A stretch of DNA of 62,656 nucleotides, filler included. It is 4 parts of 4 records of this genome, joined end to end, with 100 filler letters (N's around TTAATTAATTAA, not from the genome) between each part and the next. Parts side by side here need not be neighbours in the genome. Positions count along the whole stretch, not along the records: positions 27,366 to 57,098 come from SRR20825019_1662; 3 more parts are not named here. One strand, written 5' to 3'. The position numbers and the translations under genes are program-made. Below are positions 38,870-47,374 of this stretch, piece by piece. The notes under the pieces were generated by a model that was given only the letters and a program-made list of their open reading frames with translations, did no database searches and was not told where the DNA came from. Position 1 is the first letter of the stretch; each line of letters begins with the position of its first letter.

Positions 38870-39440
38870 CGTTTTTCATTAGTCGGCGAGCCAACTCCTC
38901 TTGATACTTGTCGATTTTTTCCTGCAGGGCACCAATGACCCCAAGGTCCAATTCAAGCTCACGACCAACGGCCTCGGGCAACGACTGCAAAAACTTCCCG
39001 AGGTCCCCGAGGAGCTTTTCGTCACGCGCCAGCAGCTCTCGCGCATCAACCAGCTCGCCGCGTTCCCGGCGAACCTTCATTTCGACAAGCTCTGTTTCGT
39101 AAAGTCGCTTGCGTTGATCGGCGGTCAGTCCGGCGCGATCGTCTTTTGCATTCCCACCAAGCAAGGCCATTTCGGCTTGCGCCTGATCGGCCTCGCGCTG
39201 TTTGCGTTCAGCTTCTTCCTTGGCTTCTGCCCCGGTCACCCACGCAAAAACCTCGGGAAAATAATACCCGTAAGAACGACCGTTCTTGCCTTCGCGACGG
39301 CACGGAAGGCCGGCATGTCGGCTACGATCAAATTTGGGAAGCGACCAGTTCAGAACTCGGGCGGTTTCTTCGCGGCTCCAAAGTTTGCCGTCGTCGCCAT
39401 CCCATTCATCCGGCCAATCTTCGGGCCACGGATTTGCCAT
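38850..39440 (-). CDS. Terminase small subunit (Nu1-like)
   Basis: N-terminal wHTH (GLPC), RGELV; first gene after cos. Confidence 0.82.
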   Translation of the reverse strand: MANPWPEDWPDEWDGDDGKLWSREETARVLNWSLPKFDRSRHAGLPCRREGKNGRSYGYYFPEVFAWVTGAEAKEEAERKQREADQAQAEMALLGGNAKDDRAGLTADQRKRLYETELVEMKVRRERGELVDARELLARDEKLLGDLGKFLQSLPEAVGRELELDLGVIGALQEKIDKYQEELARRLMKNDGTAPS

Positions 39441-39510
39441 CGCACCCACCGGAAAACATAATCAGAAACAACAACCTAACGGGTTGAAAACTATGAAAAA
39501 CACTAAAACA

Positions 39511-39557
39511 CCGCGGTTCGCTTTACCCGCTCGTGGGGAAAGTCTCAGGAAGGACCC
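39511..39557 (-). other. cos packaging site (cosQ + cosN); predicted 12-nt end GGTAAAGCGAAC
   Basis: GGGTCCT-23 nt ending CG-GGTAAAGCGAAC-CGCGG; same geometry as lambda cos. Confidence 0.8.
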
Positions 39558-39575
39558 GTGGAATATTCCCGGTGC

Positions 39576-39770
39576 CTAGTCGTAAACGCGACGTATCCAA
39601 TGCGCCCCGCAACACCCGCAATACATCCGATATCGGCGCGGCCCGACTTCATCGCCGAGACGGATGGCCGAAAGGGTGGCGAGGCTGGTGTTGCCGCATG
39701 ACATACAACCAGCCTCGCCAGGTTCATCGCATTGCTCTTGCGGTTCGCTCTTCGGGTATTCTGCGCGCAT
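39576..39770 (-). CDS. Small zinc-ribbon protein (64 aa)
   Basis: GAAAGG RBS; CMSCG..YCGCCG. Confidence 0.6.
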   Translation of the reverse strand: MRAEYPKSEPQEQCDEPGEAGCMSCGNTSLATLSAIRLGDEVGPRRYRMYCGCCGAHWIRRVYD

Positions 39771-39790
39771 CGGCCAACCTTTCGATTTCG

Positions 39791-39877
39791 ATGCTGACGA
39801 GGACGGCGGTTCGCCGGTTGCCCCAGACACCGGCCACGCCCAACCGGTAGTCGGCGCCCCGCCGCCCACGTCAACAC
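39791..39877 (-). ncRNA. Candidate structured RNA hairpin in the late leader
   Basis: 19-bp outer stem with G-U pairs on the minus strand; inner CCGGTTG/CAACCGG stem. Confidence 0.4.
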
Positions 39878-40068
39878 CCAAAAAGAACGACCCGCACAGG
39901 CATTGCCCGGCGGGTCATAAGTTCTGGAAACAAGGGAGGAAAAAGATCGAGTTACATGACAACACCTATCGGTATCGATGACAGTCAAGCAATCACCCCG
40001 CCCGATTCTGAAATGCAAACGCCCCGCCTATTTCTAGGCAGGGCGCGCACAACAGCAATCGAGGCAAG

Positions 40069-40108
40069 AAAAAACGCCTGCCGGAAAGTTCCGCACAGGC
40101 GCTTTTTT
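40069..40108 (-). terminator. tR'-like terminator after the putative late promoter (symmetric)
   Basis: AAAAAA-GCGCCTG..CAGGCG-TTTTTT. Confidence 0.75.
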
Positions 40109-40143
40109 GTTCGGGGGTAGATTGTCAAATACATGCGCGTAAG

Positions 40144-40770
40144 TCAAGCCACTTTATCGCATGATAAACCATTCCCCAGACCAACGATCAACCACGGCTC
40201 TTTCGGCGGTAATTCGCGGGTCAAGCGCCACTGGACTAACCCGCCCTGATTTTCCGCCGCCTCGCGCACCAAATCCTGCAGGTAATGAAGCGCCGCCCAC
40301 CAAACCCGGTATTCCGACCGCGCAACCCGGACGATATCGGGCAACTTTCCCACCCGCTTGACCCGGCAGCTTTCCCGCACGAGGTTTCGATTGGCATCAC
40401 GGGCGGGCTTCACCAAGCCGGTTACGGGGTCAAAGTCGGCCTCAAAGCGTAATTCACCATCCGCAATCCAATCCGGGCGCAGCGCGCTTTCGCCATAGGA
40501 CCGGATCAGGCTTGCCCCATCGGCACTGACTTCCATCACCAAGCGCCACGCCTCGTAAACGACGGATGCATCGGGATGAATGTCATAACCGGTCGCCCCG
40601 CCCCCGCCGCTGATCCGTTCGCCATAGCCCACAGTCGTCCGCTGCAATTGCGCCAGTATGGGGAATATGCCCCGGTCCTGACCGACCATCATGGCGACCT
40701 TTTCCCGCTCAAAGGCCCAGTTTACCAGCCTTTCAATGCCAATCGGCTTAATCAGATTTTCTCGTTCCAT
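40144..40770 (-). CDS. Putative late-gene regulator (occupies the Q position)
   Basis: Last gene of the early-right operon; HPDA, ARSEYRVWWAAL, PPKEPW. Confidence 0.6.
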   Translation of the reverse strand: MERENLIKPIGIERLVNWAFEREKVAMMVGQDRGIFPILAQLQRTTVGYGERISGGGGATGYDIHPDASVVYEAWRLVMEVSADGASLIRSYGESALRPDWIADGELRFEADFDPVTGLVKPARDANRNLVRESCRVKRVGKLPDIVRVARSEYRVWWAALHYLQDLVREAAENQGGLVQWRLTRELPPKEPWLIVGLGNGLSCDKVA

Positions 40771-40799
40771 TGTCTGCCTGCCTTTGCTGTCGCCTAGCC

Positions 40800-41056
40800 T
40801 GTCCTATGTTGTCCCCCGTGAAAACCTGCTACGGGGGACAGAGTTCGGTAGTATTTTTTTGTTTAAAATCAGTAGTTTACGTTTTTTGTCCCTAGTGTCC
40901 CTAGTGTCCTATGCTAATTATCGTGCGCCATATACGCGCCCACATGCGCACACGGGGGATTTACGGGGGACACGGGGGACACTAGGGACAGCCCAAGGAA
41001 ACCGGCGCGTCGCGCTGTCCCCCGTTGCCAAAATCCACGGGGGACAACCCGGGACA
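40800..41056. repeat. Iteron-like TGTCCC/GGGACA direct and inverted repeats; putative replication origin
   Basis: tgtccctagtgtccctagtgtcc and gggggacacgggggacactagggaca; AT-rich tract at ~40850-40886. Confidence 0.7.
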
Positions 41057-41112
41057 AAATCCCGAACGGACCACTGGTGCGGTCATGATCTGGGCGCAAA
41101 ATACGGGATTGA

Positions 41113-42579
41113 TCACAGGTCATCCGGGCCGACCTCATCATCAAATTCGGTTTCCGACCAATCAATCGGGGTGCGGATCATGTCGCAGAATGCCTGTCTG
41201 CAGGCATCGATACCGGGCATGTGATAGACATACCGGCGCTTGCCCTCGATCCGCTTTCGGCCCTTTTCAAGCCCCGGCACAAGCTTGTTGATCGCCCGGC
41301 CAAACATTTCCTCGGTCAGAGGGAAACGCCGCCCCCGCGCGGTCGACCATGCAAGGTAATTCGCATACGAATCTTCAACCGACACAAACGGTTGCCAGAC
41401 CGGCGATCCGCCATCGGTGTTATATTGAACAAACCCGCGCCGCAGACAATTGAGCCACCACGCCTCTTCGGATGACAGGCTGGCAAGCTTCTGGTCGGCC
41501 AATGCCGCCGTTTTCGGGATATCATTCAGATTGATGCTATCAAGGTCGAAACTCAGCAGATAGCCAAGCAATGCCTCATACCCACCTGCCTCAAGCTGCT
41601 CAAACATCGCGGCAAAATAGGCGCGGTTCTGCTGGGCATGGTTCGCCACATCAAACACCGCAAACCGGCGTTCATCGTGACCTGCCGGAATGACCCAATC
41701 ATTGTTTGACGTCACCAGCAAATGAACGAAATTGCGGACGCGAAACGGGTCGACCCCCTTGCGTTCGATCATGTGATATTCGGACGTTACAAGCCCCTTT
41801 AACCGCCCCTCGGCGTGCTTGTCCCCCGCCCAGAAACCTTCATCGGCCTGCAACAGCAGGGTTGATGCCAGGTGCGCGTTAAAGTTCCCGACCACATAGC
41901 GCGGATCATCGACCAACGCATAGTGATCCTCGATCAGCTTGCCGATGACTTTGCCGAAAACGGTCTTTCCGCTTCCCTGCCCGCCTCGCAGCACGATCGA
42001 TATGCCGATCCGATCAGTCGGCTTTTGCAACATATGCGCGGCCCAGCCGATCATGAACCTGAAATTCGTTTCGTCCCCGCCCGCGATATTCGTGCGCACA
42101 TGATCAAGGAAAATGTCGCATTTCTTTTCGCAATCCTCGTAATCGGCAGGAAGGCTGAAACCGCGCCAGAGATTGTAATACCCGCTCGGCGGCATGCCAC
42201 CCGGGGCAAAGGAAACCCCGCGATACTGGCGGCGCTCCTGATCCTTGAACCATATCTTTGACCAAGAAACCCATTTGTCCTTCGAAAGCTTTTGTTCCTG
42301 ATTGGCAAACCACGCATGGAAGGCATCCACCGGCATGAAATTAAGCCGTTCCTCGACCGGGCAATCGCCCCGTTTGAAGTTTTCCTCCAATATCAGCGGA
42401 CGCCCGCCCATCATGACCAGCGCATAAAACTCGTTCATCGCATGGACGTCATAGCAAACTTCATCCGGGTCCAACCGGACGCCATCAAGCCCGACAATCT
42501 CGGCACCCTCGATAAGCTGACGCGCTGCGAGAAACCCCTCGTCCGCATTTTGCGGTTCGTTATTTTCTTGGTCTGCCAT
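41113..42579 (-). CDS. Primase-associated SF3 helicase (DUF5906/D5-like)
   Basis: GGQGSGKT, NFNAHL, QADE, IERKG, TSNN, ERRF. Confidence 0.88.
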   Translation of the reverse strand: MADQENNEPQNADEGFLAARQLIEGAEIVGLDGVRLDPDEVCYDVHAMNEFYALVMMGGRPLILEENFKRGDCPVEERLNFMPVDAFHAWFANQEQKLSKDKWVSWSKIWFKDQERRQYRGVSFAPGGMPPSGYYNLWRGFSLPADYEDCEKKCDIFLDHVRTNIAGGDETNFRFMIGWAAHMLQKPTDRIGISIVLRGGQGSGKTVFGKVIGKLIEDHYALVDDPRYVVGNFNAHLASTLLLQADEGFWAGDKHAEGRLKGLVTSEYHMIERKGVDPFRVRNFVHLLVTSNNDWVIPAGHDERRFAVFDVANHAQQNRAYFAAMFEQLEAGGYEALLGYLLSFDLDSINLNDIPKTAALADQKLASLSSEEAWWLNCLRRGFVQYNTDGGSPVWQPFVSVEDSYANYLAWSTARGRRFPLTEEMFGRAINKLVPGLEKGRKRIEGKRRYVYHMPGIDACRQAFCDMIRTPIDWSETEFDDEVGPDDL

Positions 42580-42581
42580 TG

Positions 42582-42806
42582 CTAAAACAGCTTCCCTTGT
42601 TTTGGTTTACGCTGATCGGCGGGCAATTCGCCAATCGGTTCGAATTCTTTTTCAAGTCCCGCAGCGATGCGCTTGTGGCGGTAAAATTCGGGCGGGATAT
42701 GCTTGGCGCACCAACGCCCATGATTGACCATGATGTGCGATCCGGCGCGCTTGCATCCCGCGACGTCACAAAGCTTGACCACTGGCTTTTCTTTTCCCGC
42801 ACCCAT
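42582..42806 (-). CDS. Small Cys/His phage protein
   Basis: CDVAGC..WCAKH; ends QGKLF; coupled in the operon. Confidence 0.6.
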   Translation of the reverse strand: MGAGKEKPVVKLCDVAGCKRAGSHIMVNHGRWCAKHIPPEFYRHKRIAAGLEKEFEPIGELPADQRKPKQGKLF

Positions 42807-42946
42807 TAAACTAAACCACCCGCTCCACCGAACAGATCAACAGGATGGCACAGATATCCGTAACTAAAATTCCAAGTTCGGGCGTTTTTCTGCCTGTAGC
42901 GGGAGATCGCTGCAAAAACCCCCGCGACGCTATCGATAGAGGACAT
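42806..42946 (-). CDS. 46-aa ORF coupled on both sides (below the ORF-track cutoff)
   Basis: TGATG and TAATG overlaps with its neighbours. Confidence 0.45.
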   Translation of the reverse strand: MSSIDSVAGVFAAISRYRQKNARTWNFSYGYLCHPVDLFGGAGGLV

Positions 42947-43611
42947 CAAAGCAACACCCCCTGCTGAACAAAGCTCGACTGTGCTGTTGGCGTCACTTGG
43001 GCTGGCAAAAACAGGTCAAGGTTGTCCATCTTTGGCTTTGGCAGCGTATCCCAAAGGGTCGGGCCGGAATAATCGCGCACGAACCCGAACCAAGCACAAT
43101 CAAGCGCGCCATTGCCAAGGCCAAGGCTATCGATCCGCCATGACAGTTCCAGCTTGTATTTGGGCCGGATGCGGGCCTTGAAACCCTGCCTGTTGGCCGC
43201 TTGGTAATAGTTGGTTTTAAGCAGCATCCAAACCTCTTCCATATGCAGGCGCATGGCATGCTCGATAAAAGCCTGCGCCAGCGTGAAGGGCGGATTTGTG
43301 ATGATTTTCGAGGCGCGCGGGCGCGTGGTGGCAAGGAAATCCACCTTGCCCTCGCCATATCCACGATCAATCAGATCCGTGCTAATGACCTTGCAGCCAT
43401 GAAATTCAAGCACCTTCGCCAACCGGCCATCGCCGCACGCGCATTCCCAAAATTTGCCACCGGCCAGATGCGGCATGGCACGAATAAGCGCCTCGGTCGC
43501 CTCGGGCGGTGTGGGATAGAATTGGTTTTCGTCCGGGCGCTCCCAATCGACCTTGCCCGACTGACCGCCCTGCATCATGGCGCCTTTGTTCACTTTGCGT
43601 TTGGCGACCAT
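42946..43611 (-). CDS. Phage DNA amino-methyltransferase (adenine-type)
   Basis: FYPTP, WECACGDG, IITNPPF. Confidence 0.85.
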   Translation of the reverse strand: MVAKRKVNKGAMMQGGQSGKVDWERPDENQFYPTPPEATEALIRAMPHLAGGKFWECACGDGRLAKVLEFHGCKVISTDLIDRGYGEGKVDFLATTRPRASKIITNPPFTLAQAFIEHAMRLHMEEVWMLLKTNYYQAANRQGFKARIRPKYKLELSWRIDSLGLGNGALDCAWFGFVRDYSGPTLWDTLPKPKMDNLDLFLPAQVTPTAQSSFVQQGVLL

Positions 43612-43694
43612 CACGCTACCCCCTTGAGATAGCTTGACCTTGGCAGGCGATGCACCAAAAATGCCCGGATCAGGGCAGCATCAGGGATTAGGCA

Positions 43695-44276
43695 ATGCGC
43701 AAGCTCGAAGACTGGTTGAACGGCGCCCCTTTTGCCGGAATGGTTGGGGTTGCCTTTCTCACAGGGGCGATCTATGGCCGCGAATTCGACATCAATTGGG
43801 AAACACTTGCCGCCGGCTTCCTTGGCCTTATCGGCGGTTTTTTGGCATTCTTGGCCGCCACTAGGGAGCAACAAGCAAACCGCGAGAGGAATACTTTTGC
43901 TCTCAAAAGCCAAGCTCTGACACCAACAAAGGACGCCATTCAACATATTAACGCGGCAGTAGAAGCGGGAAACGCGAACGCCTTCTACATAGACTTCACC
44001 AGAGCGTTGAAATCCATCAAAGAGTTGGAGGAAATCCTGATCGAAATAGGACCGCTCGACCGAAGCGCCGCTGACATCGTTGCCCATCTTGGAAACGAAA
44101 TTAACTGGATTAAATCGGTTGCAAGACAGGCAAAAACAACCGTCAAAGTTACAGATGCAGGACACACATATGTAGCTAAGGTCGCAATGGAGCCACTTTT
44201 GCGAAGCAGCCTCAAAGACATCAATAGAAGGCTTTCCAAACTCGAGGAGCTCTGCGATCCAGCTTGGTTTCTCTGA
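43695..44276 (+). CDS. Antisense cargo gene A: 2-TM N-terminus plus helical domain
   Basis: Opposite to the operon; two hydrophobic segments. Confidence 0.72.
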   Translation: MRKLEDWLNGAPFAGMVGVAFLTGAIYGREFDINWETLAAGFLGLIGGFLAFLAATREQQANRERNTFALKSQALTPTKDAIQHINAAVEAGNANAFYIDFTRALKSIKELEEILIEIGPLDRSAADIVAHLGNEINWIKSVARQAKTTVKVTDAGHTYVAKVAMEPLLRSSLKDINRRLSKLEELCDPAWFL

Positions 44277-44278
44277 CA

Positions 44279-45433
44279 TCACGCTGCCCCCAAGATCATC
44301 GAGTTGAAATCGGTACCTGGCCTTGACATCGCCACCCGCCCCTTGCAGCCCTCTTGGGCCGCACGGCGGCAACCGCGCTCAAGCTTCGCGCGCAGCATCG
44401 GCATGTCTTTGGTATCGCCATCACCAAGGAAAATCCGCTCGCGGCATTCCCGCGGCCAGATCATGCCCGGGCGGGCCATATCGGGCACAACGGCGGGCAA
44501 ACGACGCCGCCCGTCATAGGGATGACGATCCCCCTTGGCATCCATCAGGCAAGCCCCGACAAGGTTATCCAGCGAATAGGAACACCAGCCGGAATGCCCG
44601 GAAACCATCATGCCGGAATAGGTCGTTTCCAACCCTTCCCCGCCCACCATCACAAAGGCAGGCTTGCCGAGCCGCATAGCCGCCGTTGACGGATCACCCA
44701 TGACGCGCTTGGTATTCAGATCACGATCCTCATCCGGCGCGGGTAGCTTCAACCGCCCCTTTGGCTGATCCAGATCGATGCAGGTGATATGACAGGCGGC
44801 AAACCGGTCATCGCGATATTGCATCACGGTCAGCAAGGCCGGGCCGGTCCAGATCGCCTCGGGCTTTTTGGCATCCCGGGCGCGATACCAGAATTCATAA
44901 TCAGGCACAAACCGATGCACCGGGTTATGCAGGAACAAATCCCGATCTATCCCGCGATGTTGCGCCAGATATACCTCGGCAGCGGTCCCTTCGATCCGAA
45001 CGCCGCGCTGCCACATCCTTTGCCCGCGGCGGCGGCGCTTTTCGGTTTCGGTTTCGCGTTCCGTTTCATCAGCACGGCTGGCGATTTTCGGCTTGGGCGC
45101 GACCTTGGGCTTTTCGGCCCGTCCGACATAATCGGTCAGATCAACACCCGCCTGCCACGCAAGCCCCTTGACCGCCTCGATAAAGGACTGACCATAAACG
45201 CGCATCTGATAACCGATCGCCGTTTCATGGGCGCCACAGCCGAAACAGTGTGCGAACCCCAGGTCGGGCCGCACCGTGAAGGACGGCGTGCGCTCCGAAT
45301 GGAACGGACAAAGGCCTTGATATTCACGCCCCGACTTGATCAGCTTGACGCCCGAGGCTGCGACCAGATCAACCAGATCGGTGCGGGCGATGATGTCGTC
45401 AATTACAGATTGTGGAATGGGAGCATGTGCCAT
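44279..45433 (-). CDS. DNA primase (CHC2 zinc finger + Toprim-like)
   Basis: LCPFHSERTPSF..HCFGCG, GEGLETT, LGDGD, DFN. Confidence 0.9.
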   Translation of the reverse strand: MAHAPIPQSVIDDIIARTDLVDLVAASGVKLIKSGREYQGLCPFHSERTPSFTVRPDLGFAHCFGCGAHETAIGYQMRVYGQSFIEAVKGLAWQAGVDLTDYVGRAEKPKVAPKPKIASRADETERETETEKRRRRGQRMWQRGVRIEGTAAEVYLAQHRGIDRDLFLHNPVHRFVPDYEFWYRARDAKKPEAIWTGPALLTVMQYRDDRFAACHITCIDLDQPKGRLKLPAPDEDRDLNTKRVMGDPSTAAMRLGKPAFVMVGGEGLETTYSGMMVSGHSGWCSYSLDNLVGACLMDAKGDRHPYDGRRRLPAVVPDMARPGMIWPRECRERIFLGDGDTKDMPMLRAKLERGCRRAAQEGCKGRVAMSRPGTDFNSMILGAA

Positions 45434-45468
45434 TAGTATTCCCCCACGCTAATATTGGGGAATATGAC

Positions 45469-46014
45469 ATGAGCGAACTCGCAGGACGGTTGACATATTT
45501 GGGGTTTGGCGTACTGACGGGAAGTGCTGCAATTGCTGGCTATTTTGGGTATTTCCGAAGCAACTTTGACGTCACCAACACGCTTCAAATCTTGATAGCA
45601 ACTTTCACCGCGATTGCAGGCGGCATGAGCGCCTATGCCGCGCACCAAGCCGCTACGGTCACCAAGAAAACACACGATAACGCAGAGAAACTCCACGAAA
45701 TTCGGATAGCATGCGCGAAGAGTGTCATCACGGAAACACTGTCCATAATGCAAGACGGACAGTACGAGCTGCACAAACCGCTTGTCATCGCCAATATAGA
45801 AGGCTTTATCATGTCCTGTCAGGTGATTGAGTTTGCCCTGATTGAACCGATGGACGCCACCCAGCACCAGGCCCTTTGGCAAGCCCGTGCCACAATTCAA
45901 CAAATGTGCGCAACACATAAGGAATTGGGGCACCTCCCGCCAGATAGGCGGGAATGGGTGGAAGGCCAACTGGTTAGTGTGCTTGAGGCATTTAACCAAG
46001 ATCCGATGGATTAG
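45469..46014 (+). CDS. Antisense cargo gene B: 2-TM N-terminus plus helical domain
   Basis: GGGGAA RBS; two hydrophobic segments. Confidence 0.72.
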   Translation: MSELAGRLTYLGFGVLTGSAAIAGYFGYFRSNFDVTNTLQILIATFTAIAGGMSAYAAHQAATVTKKTHDNAEKLHEIRIACAKSVITETLSIMQDGQYELHKPLVIANIEGFIMSCQVIEFALIEPMDATQHQALWQARATIQQMCATHKELGHLPPDRREWVEGQLVSVLEAFNQDPMD

Positions 46015-46016
46015 CA

Positions 46017-46505
46017 TCATGCCGCCGCCTTTCGGGCAGCGCGCCCTTGGTAATAGCCGCGCAGTTCAAGCCTTGATGCCAGCTTGCGGGCATTCTTTTC
46101 ACCAGATTTATAGGCGCCTTCAACCAGATCATCATGCTTTTCGATCTGGGCGATCAGGCAGGTGGCGGCAAGGTCAAAATCCGATCCCTCGATAAGCACC
46201 AGCGTCCCGTCGGCCAGCATGTCGCGAAGCCAGATGACAACCATCAGAAACACCGTGATCACCGGGCGATCTTCATAGTCAAGCAACAACTCCGCCTGCA
46301 GGGTCATCACCCGGCGACGAAGCTTGCGCGCCCGATCCTGCGGCAGATCAGCAAAAGGTTCGTTGCAGGCACGCTCAAGAAACTCAAGGCACTCGGCATG
46401 GCCTTCCTTGGTTGCCGGTTCAAGAATGATCCGGGCCACCCGCTGCATCAAAACAGCCGGAAGGGCATATTCGCACCGATGACGATCAGAAATATATCCC
46501 GTCAT
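46017..46505 (-). CDS. Hypothetical phage protein
   Basis: YISDRHRCEYALP..GYY; coupled. Confidence 0.7.
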   Translation of the reverse strand: MTGYISDRHRCEYALPAVLMQRVARIILEPATKEGHAECLEFLERACNEPFADLPQDRARKLRRRVMTLQAELLLDYEDRPVITVFLMVVIWLRDMLADGTLVLIEGSDFDLAATCLIAQIEKHDDLVEGAYKSGEKNARKLASRLELRGYYQGRAARKAAA

Positions 46506-46717
46506 CACCGACCACCCCATGCCGCCAGATAATGACGACCATCATCATTGATCGTAAAATCCATGAAACCGATAGCGTCATAGGAAACGTCGCCCAGACC
46601 ATCATCGCGCAGGGCATAAGCCACCCGGGCATGACGGGTAATCATGCATTCGCCGCCCTGATTGACAGCCTTTTGCAAAATGGCCCTTTTCTCGGCCCCT
46701 GTTACCCGCCCCATCAT
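46505..46717 (-). CDS. Hypothetical small phage protein
   Basis: Coupled on both sides. Confidence 0.6.
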   Translation of the reverse strand: MMGRVTGAEKRAILQKAVNQGGECMITRHARVAYALRDDGLGDVSYDAIGFMDFTINDDGRHYLAAWGGR

Positions 46718-47097
46718 GCCGCCACCCCGTAAAGTCTGGGCTGCGGCTCAAGGGCGGCACTCATGCGATCTGCGGCCTCGCGCAAAAGGACGGCGATGGA
46801 CCGGATCAGGGCGCGCAAACCGGCACGTTCCGCATCAAACCCGCCCAGAACCCCGGCCCGATGAAGCTGGGCCGCGTAACTTTCAAAATGCGGGCACCCT
46901 GCCCCGGCCCGGGCCGATGCAATATCAGCATCAACCGCGGCCTGCATATTGATCACATCGCCGCGCATCGGATTGGCGCATTGACGCAGCCGGGAATAGG
47001 AAACTCCGCAAACTCCGGCCAAGGCCTCGCCACCGACAGCATGCATTGCCTTGGTGGTCGCATCGGCGAAACTGTTTTCGGATCGAATGTATGGCAT
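46714..47097 (-). CDS. CII-like regulator
   Basis: Downstream of cro; VGGEALAGVCGVSYSRLRQCANP; GGAAGG RBS. Confidence 0.6.
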   Translation of the reverse strand: MPYIRSENSFADATTKAMHAVGGEALAGVCGVSYSRLRQCANPMRGDVINMQAAVDADIASARAGAGCPHFESYAAQLHRAGVLGGFDAERAGLRALIRSIAVLLREAADRMSAALEPQPRLYGVAA

Positions 47098-47179
47098 GGC
47101 TATCAAACCTTCCCATTTTGGGAGTTGCTGCCCGATCAGGCGAAGCCCATAAGAAAGGGACAGCAACGGAGCAACGAAC

Positions 47180-47374
47180 ATGACCACGAAGTCAGAAAGA
47201 ATTGACGCCCTGAAACGCGCCACCGAAGATTTCCGCGAAGCCCTTGAAACCCTGCAACAAAGCAGCGATCCATCTGACCGAAAACACGCGGAAGCCATTC
47301 TGCGACGTGCCGGATGGGAAAAAGACGACAATGGCGTGTTCAAGCCGCCTCAGAGTGATCATCGTTCAAATTGA
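47180..47374 (+). CDS. Antisense cargo gene C: small charged helical protein
   Basis: GGAG RBS; 64 aa. Confidence 0.55.
   Translation: MTTKSERIDALKRATEDFREALETLQQSSDPSDRKHAEAILRRAGWEKDDNGVFKPPQSDHRSN

Noticed and set aside
39795-39840. CTGACGA hammerhead-like core
   Set aside because: No correctly placed GAAA after a stem II, and the G-U pattern favours the opposite strand.
40800-41056. CRISPR array
   Set aside because: Units are 6-9 bp, occur in both orientations, lack regular spacers, and have no cas genes nearby.
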